Notes: generated by a model not told the origin, from the letters alone. A stretch of 64,000 nucleotides of DNA from an uncultured delta proteobacterium (GCA_963767925.1 CAVYGB010000008.1:800001-864000), one strand, 5' to 3'. Shown: positions 48,344-58,087, counted from the stretch's first letter. Program-made: numbers and translations.

Positions 48344-49207
48344 ATGAGACCGAGCGCTACTCTGCACGACCGGATACTGATCGCCGCAGAAGCGGCTGCC
48401 GAACGGCTGGACGCGGCCGGCGCCGAGGTCGCCGTCGTCCTGGGATCGGGCCTGGCGCACGCGGCCGATACCCTGGAGGACGCCCTGGCCGTGCCCTACG
48501 CCTCGCTGCCCGGCTTCCCGGAGACGACGGTGGCGGGACACCCGGGCCGCCTCATCGTGGGGCGCTGGCAGGGGCGCAAGGCGCTGGTGCTGTGTGGCAG
48601 GGTCCACGCCTACGAGGGCTACTGCGCCAGCGAGGTCGGGTTCGCCGTGCGGGTGGCGGCCACCCTGGGGGCCCAATCGGCGGTCATCACCAACGTCTCG
48701 GGCGCGGTCGACCCGGCCTTCGAGGTCGGCGAGATCGTGGCCATCTCCGACCACGTCAACCTCACGGGGAGCTCGCCCCTGACCGGTCCCAACGACGAAC
48801 GGCTGGGTCCGCGCTTCGTCGACATGGCCGAGGCTTACACCCCGTCGCTGCGCGCGCTGGCCGCCGAGGTGGCGCAGAGCCTGTTCGACAAGCCGCTGCG
48901 CGAGGGGGTCTATGCCGGCATGCCCGGCCCCTCGTACGAGACGCCGGCCGAGGTGCGGATGCTGCGGATCCTCGGTGTGGGGCTGGTCGGGATGTCGACC
49001 ATCCACGAGGTGATCAGCGCCCGCCACGCCGGGCTGGCCGTGCTGGGGCTGTCCCTGGTGGCCAACCCGGCGGCGGGGGTCAAGAAGGGCCGCCTGAGCC
49101 ACGAGGACGTGACCCGCGCCGCGGCGGCAGGGGCCGGACGGATGGGCGAGCTCCTGGCCAGCGTGGTCGGCCGCATCCCCGACGCCGGGACGGCGAGGGC
49201 CGGTTGA
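48344..49207 (+). CDS. punA: Purine-nucleoside phosphorylase (trimeric type)
   Basis: VLGSGL, GRVHAYEG, GPSYETPAE, VGMST, LSHEDV. Confidence 0.93.
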   Translation: MRPSATLHDRILIAAEAAAERLDAAGAEVAVVLGSGLAHAADTLEDALAVPYASLPGFPETTVAGHPGRLIVGRWQGRKALVLCGRVHAYEGYCASEVGFAVRVAATLGAQSAVITNVSGAVDPAFEVGEIVAISDHVNLTGSSPLTGPNDERLGPRFVDMAEAYTPSLRALAAEVAQSLFDKPLREGVYAGMPGPSYETPAEVRMLRILGVGLVGMSTIHEVISARHAGLAVLGLSLVANPAAGVKKGRLSHEDVTRAAAAGAGRMGELLASVVGRIPDAGTARAG

Positions 49208-49620
49208 AGCAGGGGAGCCCGCTCCCACCGGGCCGGCTGGGACCGCTCCTGCTGGCGGCCCGGAAGGTGCGGCGCAACGCTCGCGCGCCCTATTCGAAGT
49301 TCCAGGTGGGGGCGGCGGTGCTCGACGAGCGCGGTCGCATCCACGTCGGCTGCAACCTGGAGAACGCCTCTTACGGGCTCACCGTGTGCGCCGAGCGCAA
49401 CGCGGTCGCGGCGGCGGTCGCGGCCGGGGCCCGGAACATCCGGGCGGTAGCGGTGGTCACCGCGGCCCGCCCGGTGGCGACCCCCTGCGGGGCCTGCCGC
49501 CAGGTCCTGGCCGAGGTGGGCGGACCGGCGCTGTCGGTGGTGCTGGCCGGGCCGGTCGGCAAGGCCCAGAAGGTGCACGCCCTGGCCGACCTGTTGCCCG
49601 AAGCGTTCGTCCTGCGCTGA
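49204..49620 (+). CDS. cdd: Cytidine deaminase
   Basis: APYSKFQVGAA, NLENASYGLTVCAER, PCGACRQ; TTGA overlap. Confidence 0.93.
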   Translation: MKQGSPLPPGRLGPLLLAARKVRRNARAPYSKFQVGAAVLDERGRIHVGCNLENASYGLTVCAERNAVAAAVAAGARNIRAVAVVTAARPVATPCGACRQVLAEVGGPALSVVLAGPVGKAQKVHALADLLPEAFVLR

Positions 49621-49623
49621 GGG

Positions 49624-51075
49624 TCAGCCCCCCGCCTCGTCGAAGTGGTAGCCGGCCTCGCCGTGCTCGACCTGGTCGAGGCCGAGCTCCTCGGTCTCCT
49701 TGTCGGACCGCAGGCCGAGGGTCACCTTGACCACGAGGGCGATCACCACCGTGCCCGCCACCGACCAGCCGATGGTCAGGAGGATCGCCTTGACCTGCTC
49801 GAGCCACAACGTCCGACCGACGAGGTCCTTGAGGTTGGCGGTCAGGTTGGGGTTGGCCTCCTGGGTGGCGAAGAAGCCGGTCAGCAAGGCGCCCAGGGTG
49901 CCGCCCACCCCGTGTACCCCGAAGGTGTCGAGGGCGTCGTCGTACTTGAAGATCGACTTGAGCTTGGTGCAGGCAAAGTAGGGGACCACCCCGGCGAGGA
50001 CCCCGATCAGGACGGCCCCGCTGGCGGTGACGAACCCCGCGCCCGGCGTGATCACGACCAGGCCTGCGACAACCCCCGAGCAGAAGCCCAGCACGGTCGG
50101 CTTGCCCCGGGTGACCCACTCGAGCAGGGGCCAGGTGGCGCCTGCCACCGCGGCGGCGATGGTGGTGGTCATGAAGGCGTTGGCGGCGATGGCGTCGGCG
50201 GCCACCGCGCTGCCGGCGTTGAAGCCGTACCAGCCGACCCACAACATCCCGGTGCCCACCACGGTGAGGACCATGCTGTGGGGGAGGTAGGCCCGCTGGC
50301 CGAAGCCGGTGCGCTTGCCGAGGATGAGGCAGAGGGCGAGGGCCGACCAGCCGGAGGTCATGTGCACGACGGTGCCGCCGGCGAAGTCGATGGCCTGGAT
50401 CGAGGCCTTGGCGTTCCAGACCCCGTTCATGAGGCCGTCGGGGGCCCAGGCCATGTGGGCGAAGGGGAAATAGACCAGGAACATCCAGAGCAGGACGAAG
50501 AGCATCACCGCCGAATATTTCATCCGCTCGGCGATGGCCCCCACGATGAGGGCGGGCGTGATGATGGCGAACATGAGCTGGTACATCGAGAACACGCTCT
50601 GCGAGACCCAGTAGGAGAAGTCGGTGTTGGGCGCCCCTCCCACCCCTCGCAAGAAGGCCATCGAGAAGCCGCCGATGACCGGTGAGCCGCGGGTGAAGGC
50701 CAGGCTGTATCCGACCAGCCACCACAGGATCGTCACCAGCCCGGCGCAGCCCATGCACTGGGCGAGCACCGAGAGCACGTTCTTTCGCCGCACCAGGCCG
50801 CCGTAGAACAGGGCCAGCCCGGGTAAGGTCATGAACAGCACCAGGGCGGCGGCGACCATCATGAAGCCGTTGTGGCCAGGGCCGGGGGTGTAGCCCGCCT
50901 TGGGATCGGCGTTGTTGATGTACGCCTCGACGAGGGCGACCTTGGCCGCCAGCTCGGTCAGGGAGGGGGCGGCCTCGGCCGGGGGCTGGGCCAGGGCGGG
51001 GGGGCTGGCGGCAGCGGCGGCCAGCAGGAGCATCAGCAGGGGGAGGGCCAGGACCTTCACGGTGCGCATCGGCAT
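49624..51075 (-). CDS. amtB: Ammonium transporter
   Basis: PGLALFYGG, DFAGGTVVH, WYGFNAGS, DDALDTFGVHG. Confidence 0.96.
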   Translation of the reverse strand: MPMRTVKVLALPLLMLLLAAAAASPPALAQPPAEAAPSLTELAAKVALVEAYINNADPKAGYTPGPGHNGFMMVAAALVLFMTLPGLALFYGGLVRRKNVLSVLAQCMGCAGLVTILWWLVGYSLAFTRGSPVIGGFSMAFLRGVGGAPNTDFSYWVSQSVFSMYQLMFAIITPALIVGAIAERMKYSAVMLFVLLWMFLVYFPFAHMAWAPDGLMNGVWNAKASIQAIDFAGGTVVHMTSGWSALALCLILGKRTGFGQRAYLPHSMVLTVVGTGMLWVGWYGFNAGSAVAADAIAANAFMTTTIAAAVAGATWPLLEWVTRGKPTVLGFCSGVVAGLVVITPGAGFVTASGAVLIGVLAGVVPYFACTKLKSIFKYDDALDTFGVHGVGGTLGALLTGFFATQEANPNLTANLKDLVGRTLWLEQVKAILLTIGWSVAGTVVIALVVKVTLGLRSDKETEELGLDQVEHGEAGYHFDEAGG

Positions 51076-51171
51076 GCCTTTCTGGCGTTCGGCAGCCGGC
51101 GCGAGCGCCACGCGCGAGAAACGCCGTGGCCGTGAAGGGTAGAGGCTTTCGGTGAAAACTGGAAGCCGGGA

Positions 51172-52782
51172 CTACACCTGTCGGGCGGTCTCGTGCCGCC
51201 AGGGATTGGTGCCACGGAGGCCGATGACGTTGAAGACCTTCTGCTCCTGGGCCTTGTTCTTGAAGCGCATGGGGGGCATCGCCACCGCCGCCACCCGGTC
51301 GCCGATCTTGCGGTAGGTGGCCTCGGAGACGAGGATCTGCTCGGCCTTGGCGGCGCTGCACAGGCGGGCGGCCAGGTTCATGGCGTCGCCGATGGCGGTG
51401 TACTGGAGGGCGCGGGAGGACCCGATGGCGCCCGTGATGACGGCGCCGGTGTCGATGCCGATCCCGGCCCGGATCTCGTCTTGCCCCTCGGCCATGCGGG
51501 TGCGGTTGAAGTCCTTGAGGGCCCGCTGCATGGCCAGGGCACATTCGACCGCGTGCAGCTCGGCGTCGGGGATGGCCACCGGGGCTCCGAACAGGGCGAT
51601 GATCTCGTCGCCCACGAACTTGTCGAGGGTGCCGTTGTACTGGAAGATCACGTCCACCATCACCTCGAAGTACTCGTTGAGCATGCGCACGATCTCGTGC
51701 GGGGGACGGGTCTCGGTCATGGCGGTGAAGCCGCGGATGTCGGAGAACAGGGCGGTCACCTCCTGGAGGGCGCCGCCCTTCTCGAGCTGGAGCTTGCCCG
51801 CCACCACCTGGTCGACGAGGTTGGGCGACAGCAGGCGCTGGAACTGGGCCCGGGTCTTGGCCTCGTGCTCGATCTTGCGGGCCAGCAGCGTGTTGTGGAT
51901 GGCGACCGCGGCCTGGCCGCCGATGCCGGCGAAGAGCTGCAGGTCCTTGGCCCCGAAGGCGCCGGTGGTGACCATGGTGTCGAGGTGCATGACCCCCAGC
52001 AGCTCGTCGTGGTGCACCAGGGGGACGGTCATGGTCGAGCGGATCCCCTGCAAGATGATGGAGTGGGCCCCCGAGAAGCGGCTGTCCATCGAGGCGTCGG
52101 CCGAGAGGACGGCGGTCTTCTGCTGCACGACCTCCGCCAGGATCGAGCGCGACAGCACGATCTGCTCGTTGCGACCATCGCGGGTGCGGGCGATGCGCGG
52201 GCGGGGGACCCCCTCCTCCATGAGGAGGATGACCCCCCGGTCGGCGGGGATGAGCTCGAAGGCTTTGAGGAGGATCTTGGCCAGCAGGAGGTCGACGTCC
52301 ACCTCGAGGCCGATCGAGCGCGCCAGCTCGTGGGCCAGGCGCAGCTTCTCGTAGTCCCGGCGCAGCAGCTCGAGGTCGGTGATCTCTTTTTCGGGCTGGA
52401 ACTCCCGGGAGCCCGGGCCGGCCTGCAGGCGCTGCCGGATCAGGGTCTCGTTGGGGGCGGGCTCGATGCTGACCCGTTCGAGGACGGCCTCCGAGGCGCT
52501 CTGGTCGTGGAAGACGAGCTGGGTGCTCCCCAGGGTGAGCTCATCCCCCTCGCCGAGCAGGTGCTCGCTGATGCGCTCGCCGCGGAGGAACGATCCGTTG
52601 AGGCTGCCGAGGTCCCGGTAGAGGTAGGCGCCGCTGGGCTGCCGGATCACCTGGGCATGTTCCTTCGACACGATCCGGTCGAGGATCTGCACCATGTTGT
52701 CGGGGTGACGCCCGATCGTCGTCACGGCGCCGAGCTCGATCTCCCGCCGACCATCGTTGCCGAGCACCACGAGCTTGGCCAT
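51172..52782 (-). CDS. FHA-GAF class III adenylate cyclase
   Basis: FHA (IGRH, SKEHA, DLGSLNG), GAF, cyclase FSDIRGFT, DKFVGD, YTAIGDAMNLAARL. Confidence 0.92.
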   Translation of the reverse strand: MAKLVVLGNDGRREIELGAVTTIGRHPDNMVQILDRIVSKEHAQVIRQPSGAYLYRDLGSLNGSFLRGERISEHLLGEGDELTLGSTQLVFHDQSASEAVLERVSIEPAPNETLIRQRLQAGPGSREFQPEKEITDLELLRRDYEKLRLAHELARSIGLEVDVDLLLAKILLKAFELIPADRGVILLMEEGVPRPRIARTRDGRNEQIVLSRSILAEVVQQKTAVLSADASMDSRFSGAHSIILQGIRSTMTVPLVHHDELLGVMHLDTMVTTGAFGAKDLQLFAGIGGQAAVAIHNTLLARKIEHEAKTRAQFQRLLSPNLVDQVVAGKLQLEKGGALQEVTALFSDIRGFTAMTETRPPHEIVRMLNEYFEVMVDVIFQYNGTLDKFVGDEIIALFGAPVAIPDAELHAVECALAMQRALKDFNRTRMAEGQDEIRAGIGIDTGAVITGAIGSSRALQYTAIGDAMNLAARLCSAAKAEQILVSEATYRKIGDRVAAVAMPPMRFKNKAQEQKVFNVIGLRGTNPWRHETARQV

Positions 52783-52816
52783 TCCGCCTCGTTGCAGTCT
52801 AACACGCCTGGGGCGT

Positions 52817-53251
52817 CTACCAATCGACCCGGGCGGCGTCGGTCTCTACCCGGGGACTGAAGGAGAGGAGGATGGTCTTGTCGAGGAGCGGGATGGTGAA
52901 GGGGGCCTGGAAGCGGGCCTCCATGGCCACGATCTTCTTGTTCCGCTCGATGACCACTTCGAGCTTCTTGTCGGTGACCCCCACCTGGCGCAGGCGCTGG
53001 GCGACCGTTCGTTTGAGGGTGTGGATATGGCCGCGCACGCTGGGGTCGGACGACTGGAGGTTGAGCTTCCAGAGGTTGGGCAGGGCATCGCCCAGCTCGC
53101 TTTCGACGTTGGAGCGCAGCGAAAACACCGGCCAGATCGCGTAGACCAGGTAGCCGAGCACGGTGACGATCAACATGATGGAGAGCGACACGCCGTTGAG
53201 GCGGCGCGGCTCCTTGTAATTGAACTTCGAGCGCGGCTGTATGGTCTGCAT
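52817..53251 (-). CDS. Hypothetical protein with N-terminal TM (DUF4845-like)
   Basis: 144-aa ATG ORF with a single N-terminal hydrophobic helix. Confidence 0.6.
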   Translation of the reverse strand: MQTIQPRSKFNYKEPRRLNGVSLSIMLIVTVLGYLVYAIWPVFSLRSNVESELGDALPNLWKLNLQSSDPSVRGHIHTLKRTVAQRLRQVGVTDKKLEVVIERNKKIVAMEARFQAPFTIPLLDKTILLSFSPRVETDAARVDW

Positions 53252-53288
53252 GGCGAGCCCCGGGACGTCGAGGGCCCCACCATTAAGA

Positions 53289-54221
53289 TCAGGATGCCGA
53301 GGGTATTTCTTTAGCTCCTGCCTTGAGGGTCTTGACGAGCTGGCTCCGGACGCAGATCAACCCCACGGCGATCTGTACGCACCAGGCGATGGCCTGGGTG
53401 CCCAGGCTGGCGGCAAAGACGGTCGCCTCACGCAGGCTGGCGTCCCCGGGGGCGTAGCGGGCAAAGAAGAAGATCATGGCGCCCTGGGTGGGCCCCACGC
53501 CCTGGACCGAGATGGGCAGGACAGCCACCAGGAGCACCACCGGGAAGCAGAGCAGGGTCTGGAGGAGAGGGACCCGGACCCCGAAGGCGTGAAGGGCGAC
53601 GTGGTTGAGCGCCAGCAAGGTGGCGACATGTGGGGCCCGCACCACCAGCGCCCTCACATGTCCGACCAGGCCGGCGTTGAGCAGGACGTCGAGGATCGGT
53701 CGGCGCAGCAGCCAGGCCGGGCGCCAGACCAGCAGCGCAACGTAGAAGGCGAGGCCGCCGTAGGCGATCCAGATGAGGTTGCGCACCTCGGGCAGGACCT
53801 CCGCGCCGAGGACCAGCCCCAGCGTCGAGAGGAAGAGGAGCAGGAGGAGGTTGATGCCCATGATGAGCACCACCGCCGCCGCCGCTCGCACCAGCGGCAC
53901 GCCGCGGGAGCGGTTCAGGAAGTAGACGAACGCGCCCTGTCCGAGGGCATAGTTGATGAGCGCCAGCAGATAGGTCGCCCCCCGCAAGGTGAGCGTCTCC
54001 CGGAAGGTGAGGGGCGCGACGAACCAGCCGAAGGTGGTCCAGATGGCCAGGCAGTCGGCCAGGTAGACCAGCAGCACGATCGAGGCGATGGTGGGGATGG
54101 TCCAGGGGGCGGCGTTGCGGGCGGCCTGGACCACCTGCTCGAACGGCAGTCGGGAAAAGAGATAGGCGAGGACCCCGGCGGTGATCAGCCAGGGTAGAAG
54201 CCTCGTCACGGTTCGGCGCAT
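53289..54221 (-). CDS. Lysylphosphatidylglycerol synthase TM-domain (flippase-like) protein
   Basis: Multi-TM; LPISVQGVGPTQ motif. Confidence 0.75.
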   Translation of the reverse strand: MRRTVTRLLPWLITAGVLAYLFSRLPFEQVVQAARNAAPWTIPTIASIVLLVYLADCLAIWTTFGWFVAPLTFRETLTLRGATYLLALINYALGQGAFVYFLNRSRGVPLVRAAAAVVLIMGINLLLLLFLSTLGLVLGAEVLPEVRNLIWIAYGGLAFYVALLVWRPAWLLRRPILDVLLNAGLVGHVRALVVRAPHVATLLALNHVALHAFGVRVPLLQTLLCFPVVLLVAVLPISVQGVGPTQGAMIFFFARYAPGDASLREATVFAASLGTQAIAWCVQIAVGLICVRSQLVKTLKAGAKEIPSAS

Positions 54222-54307
54222 TGGCCGGTGACAGTACCCTACTGGAACGCGTCCTGCCCAGGTTGCGCGGACGGCGCGGAAAGAGCGAAACTGGCGCGAG
54301 GCTGTCC

Positions 54308-55327
54308 ATGTCGCAGGCGCACCAGACTGACCCGGAGGCGAGCGCCGCGCAGCCCGCTGTCCCGGCCCCGCCGGTCGGCCGGCCCGAGACGCTCTCCGGG
54401 GTGGGTGTGTACCAGCTCCTGGCCCCGCTGCTGGTCGGGCGGACCGTGCTGGAGCTGTGGCCCCTGCTGGCCGACGGCCGGTCGCGCCTCGAGCAGGCCG
54501 GGGCGGGAGAGGTGGTCTGCTTGTCCCCGGAGGAGCCGTCGCTGCCGCTGGCCGACGCCTCGATCGACGTCGTCCTCTGTCTGGCCGGCTTCGGTCCCCG
54601 TCCCCGCAGCGAACAGGGGGCCTGGCTGACCGAGCTGCGCCGGGTGCTGCAACCGGAGGGGCTCACGGTCTTTCGGATGCAATGCGACGGCGAGGACCTC
54701 GGCCCCGAGGACCGGGTTCTCCTGGTGGGCGAGGGCGGCCCCCCGCCCCGGGTCGTGAAGGAGACCCCCTTCGTGGGCGTGTCGTTCTTCGCGCCCGACA
54801 CCGAGGACATGGCGATCGCCGGCGACCTGGGACGGCTGGCCGCCTCGCCGACCCACCATCTGCTGCTTTTGAGCCGGGCCCCCGAGCCCACCTGGAGATT
54901 GCCCGAGTCGCTGTTCATCCCGCTCGACGACCTGCGGGCCGACCTGTCGCAGCGGGCGGCCTGGGAAAAGCAGCTCCACGCCGAGCGCGACGACCTCCGG
55001 GAGACGGCCATGACCCTCCAGGACCAGCTCGACCGGCGCGAAGCCGCCCTGGCCGCCTTCCGCCGGCGGAGCGCCCGCCGCCTGGAAGAGACCTCCGACC
55101 TGCAGGCCACCCTGGAGGCCCTCACCCTGGAGCGCGATCTCCTGGAGAAGCGGGCCCAGCGAGCGGAGAAAGCCGTCACCGACCTGGAGGTGGCCACCCG
55201 CCGCCGCGACGTCACCCTGGCCGCCCAGGACGCCGAGTTGACCCGCCTGCGCGCCCGCCCCCCCGCCCGCCCCGAAAAATCCCCCCCCGACCCCCAGCCC
55301 CCTCAGAAGAACAAGCCCCCCGCTTGA
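54308..55327 (+). CDS. Degenerate methyltransferase-like domain plus coiled coil
   Basis: GRTVLEL, LPLADASIDVV, ELRRVLQPEG; heptad-rich C-terminus. Confidence 0.65.
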   Translation: MSQAHQTDPEASAAQPAVPAPPVGRPETLSGVGVYQLLAPLLVGRTVLELWPLLADGRSRLEQAGAGEVVCLSPEEPSLPLADASIDVVLCLAGFGPRPRSEQGAWLTELRRVLQPEGLTVFRMQCDGEDLGPEDRVLLVGEGGPPPRVVKETPFVGVSFFAPDTEDMAIAGDLGRLAASPTHHLLLLSRAPEPTWRLPESLFIPLDDLRADLSQRAAWEKQLHAERDDLRETAMTLQDQLDRREAALAAFRRRSARRLEETSDLQATLEALTLERDLLEKRAQRAEKAVTDLEVATRRRDVTLAAQDAELTRLRARPPARPEKSPPDPQPPQKNKPPA

Positions 55328-55352
55328 CCTCGCCCGAGCCGTTCTTTATGTT
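55324..55352 (+). promoter_or_regulatory. Sigma70-type promoter of tRNA-Leu
   Basis: TTGACC-17 bp-TATGTT, 10 bp before the tRNA. Confidence 0.65.
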
Positions 55353-55362
55353 CCTCCCTCAC

Positions 55363-55446
55363 GCGGTCGTGGCGGAACTGGTAGACGCGCCAGATTCAGG
55401 TTCTGGTGATCGAAAGATTGTGGGAGTTCGATTCTCCCCGACCGCA
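55363..55446 (+). tRNA. tRNA-Leu (CAG)
   Basis: Acceptor GCGGTCG/CGACCGC, D-arm GGCGGAACTGGTAGACGC, anticodon arm CCAGA-TTCAGGT-TCTGG, long variable arm, GTTCGATTC; discriminator A followed by CCCA rather than CCA. Confidence 0.96.
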
Positions 55447-55515
55447 CCCAGATCCCTCTGAAATTTAAGCTCTTCTCGATAGCCGGAGAGAGCCTCGCTC
55501 ACGCTGGTCGACTGC

Positions 55516-55572
55516 TGGGGACAAGTGGGGACAAACGGCGCGCGCGCGTTTCTGGCCGTTTCCCGCCGTTTC
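55516..55572. repeat. Phased short direct repeats (att-arm-like)
   Basis: TGGGGACAA at 55516 and 55526; CGTTTC at 55547, 55557 and 55567. Confidence 0.6.
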
Positions 55573-55679
55573 CGCGCACGCGCCAGAATGGTGTTCTGGC
55601 GCGTTTTCTGACGCGACCTCTCGGCTGGTCGCGGTTGGTCGCTCACGGCGGCGGCCCGACTTCCGGGGTTTGAGTGGCC

Positions 55680-56000
55680 GTTCCGGTGGACCCAGACGTT
55701 CTCCAGCGCGAACGGAAAATCGAGCAGCCGGGGCGCGAGGTCTTCGAACACGAGATCGAGTGAGGGCTGCGGGGCGAACCACAGAGTTTGCCATACCGGG
55801 TCCTTGCCGCCCCGTATGGTGCTTCCCGTGGCAGTGGCTTCCATCGGTGCGAGCGGCCATTCGGTACGGTACTCATGCACTTGGCGCTTCGGACCCAGGC
55901 TGGAACCGAGCAAGACAGCTGCCTTTTCGAGATCCAGCGGCGATAGGTGCGAAGCCTTGAGGAACTGGTCGTCGCGCTCGAAAGTAGCTTTGTTGTCACC
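55680..56000 (-). pseudogene. Truncated paralog of the 58088-58867 protein
   Basis: FLKASHLSPLDLEKAAVLLGSSLGPKRQVHEYRTEWPLAP..WFAPQPSLDLVFEDL aligns by eye with IIKVSQLPRLDRVKAAEILGTRLGAQRNATEYRMEWSLEP..EIVPHPSLELAFEDF; upstream in-frame TAG and no leader. Confidence 0.8.
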
Positions 56001-56011
56001 CCGAGGCCCCC

Positions 56012-56785
56012 ATGATTCGTCCGACCTCTAGCCCCGCGCGAATCCGTCGGTTCCGGCCGAGAAGCGTGCGACATGTTTCCATCGCCGGTGTGGTCCACGA
56101 AGGAGTGACGCTCTTCCACCTGCTGGGGCGGCGGGCGCTTCTCGACGACAGCGCGGACATCGTCGCCGATCGCTTCATACGGGGAATCACCCACCTGCTA
56201 CGCAGCTTTCGTCCCGACTTTTTCTACGTTGGCGGCGGCATGTCTGAAGCTGCCGCGGTCCGCGCCGCCATCGATCGATGGGCCTCCGCGCCGATCGTCC
56301 TGTCCCGGGGGGGACGGTTCGTGGGGGAAGCGGGCGGCTTCAGCATCGCAGGACCGTCAGCGGTGATCTTCGACGTGGGCCAGACCGCCATCAAGGTCAG
56401 CCGCGGTGGTTTGCGCCGGGTTCACGATCGCCCGCCCGCGGGTCGGGAGCCCGATGGCTACGACGTGGCGGGCATATCCTTCATCAAAGAGGTCATCGCG
56501 TCCGAACTGAGAGCCGCGGCGGCGGGATCGCCGGCCGTGCTGGCGGTGCCCGGCGACGTGGGCGACGGTCTCACGCCTGGAATCTCGAACTACCGCTGGC
56601 AGGGTCGCGCGGACACGATAGGTGGGTTGCTTCCGACCGATGACCGCGATCGCGAAGTCCTGGTGCTCAACGATGCCGAGCTCGCCGCGGAATCGGCGCG
56701 GCTGGAGGTGAGTCGCGCGCTGGGAAAGCGCTGCTTCGTCTTGACGCTTGGACACGCGCCCGGCGGGGCCTTGCTGTCGCTATGA
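56012..56785 (+). CDS. ROK/ASKHA-like protein with apparently permuted motif order
   Basis: PDFFYVGGGMS and IVLS..VGEAGG precede FDVGQT, AVPG, LNDAELAAE and LTLGHAPGG. Confidence 0.7.
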   Translation: MIRPTSSPARIRRFRPRSVRHVSIAGVVHEGVTLFHLLGRRALLDDSADIVADRFIRGITHLLRSFRPDFFYVGGGMSEAAAVRAAIDRWASAPIVLSRGGRFVGEAGGFSIAGPSAVIFDVGQTAIKVSRGGLRRVHDRPPAGREPDGYDVAGISFIKEVIASELRAAAAGSPAVLAVPGDVGDGLTPGISNYRWQGRADTIGGLLPTDDRDREVLVLNDAELAAESARLEVSRALGKRCFVLTLGHAPGGALLSL

Positions 56786-57720
56786 GCACCACCAGCACCC
56801 CGGCGAACGGAGCCCCCGGCGGTTCCCGGCCCCTTTGCAGCGTGAGCGTCATCGCCTTGACCTGCAATCAGCCGGACGCGCTCAGGCTACTGCTCGCGGC
56901 GCTGGGCGAGCAGGTCGATCCGCCGCCATTCGAGGTGGTGGTCACCGACGATGGATCGAGCTGCGACAACGCCCGCATCGTGGCCCTGGCGGCGGCGGAA
57001 CGCGGTCTCGAAATCCGTTACGTGTGGCAGCCCGACCTGGGATTCCGAGCGGCCCGCGCCCGCAACAACGGCATCCGAGGGGCGCGCGGGGACCTGCTGG
57101 TCTTCCTCGACGGTGACATCGTCGTGCCTCCCACCTTCCTACGATCGCACTTCGTCCGGCACGACGGCAGCAAGAAGGTCGTCTGTGGCCGTCGTCGACA
57201 CGTACCTTCAGGGGCCTGCCATCTCGGTCGATACGACCAGTACCTGCTGCGCGCCCTCGCGGACAGGAGCCAGAGTGCCGATCCCGCTCAGGCCTACTGG
57301 AGCGAGGGGCCCCATCCCTGGATGGCGCTGATCAGCTTCGCCTTCAGCGCGCCCCGGGACAACGACTTGCTGTTCGACGAGGAGATGGAGGGATGGGGAA
57401 GCGAAGATCGCGAGCTCGCCCTGCGCCTTCATCAGCGGCACGGCTATGATTTCGTTCTGCCAAACGACCTGGACCCCGTCTTTCACCTCCTCACACCCGG
57501 CTTCACCGTCCACCACGAGAAAATCGTGAGTGGAATCAAGAACAAGCTCTACCTCGTCGCCAGACACGGCTTGGAGGCCGTCGCCCCGGCCCTCGAGCCG
57601 ATGCGCGCCTGGAGGGTCGACCCGACCACAGACCGGTGGACGTCAACCGGTCGGCGACGACCCGAGCCGCTCGACCAGCTCCTGGCCGAGGCCCGTGACT
57701 GGCTGGCCCGCCACGGGTGA
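56782..57720 (+). CDS. Glycosyltransferase family 2
   Basis: VSVIALTCN, VTDDGS, RAARARNNG, FLDGD, FDE..GWGSEDREL; ATGA overlap. Confidence 0.88.
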   Translation: MSTTSTPANGAPGGSRPLCSVSVIALTCNQPDALRLLLAALGEQVDPPPFEVVVTDDGSSCDNARIVALAAAERGLEIRYVWQPDLGFRAARARNNGIRGARGDLLVFLDGDIVVPPTFLRSHFVRHDGSKKVVCGRRRHVPSGACHLGRYDQYLLRALADRSQSADPAQAYWSEGPHPWMALISFAFSAPRDNDLLFDEEMEGWGSEDRELALRLHQRHGYDFVLPNDLDPVFHLLTPGFTVHHEKIVSGIKNKLYLVARHGLEAVAPALEPMRAWRVDPTTDRWTSTGRRRPEPLDQLLAEARDWLARHG

Positions 57721-58087
57721 CGCCGCGGCGACCCGCTCCCGCTCCCGCTCCCGCGCCGACGGCGCTTTGCACGCCGGCCGCGGCCACCACCGATTGCCGG
57801 TGGCGGGCGTCCAGATGGCGCGCCCGTCCTCACCAACCAGATGGAGAGCGTCCGGGTGGCGTTCGGGCTGGGGCGCGAGGGGGGGCTCCGGCGGAGCGGG
57901 ATTCTGCGGGGCTTAGCGACCTCGCCCTGCTGGCCGATTGGGGTCCGTCGCTACGGATCTGATCGTTGCGCGTGCTGGGACTACTGGTGCGCTGGTCTGC
58001 CCGACGGGCCCGCTCCGCGGCGGGGAGGCCGACCTCCGCCGCCGCTGCGCGAACTGACCCGGCTGGCAAGCCAGCGGCGCCGGGGTT

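Noticed and set aside
55447..55450. Defective tRNA 3' end (CCCA instead of CCA)
   Set aside because: CCA can be added enzymatically, and a homopolymer error is also plausible.
57733..57755. (CCCGCT)n short tandem repeat
   Set aside because: Only about three units in GC-rich intergenic DNA; no evidence of function.
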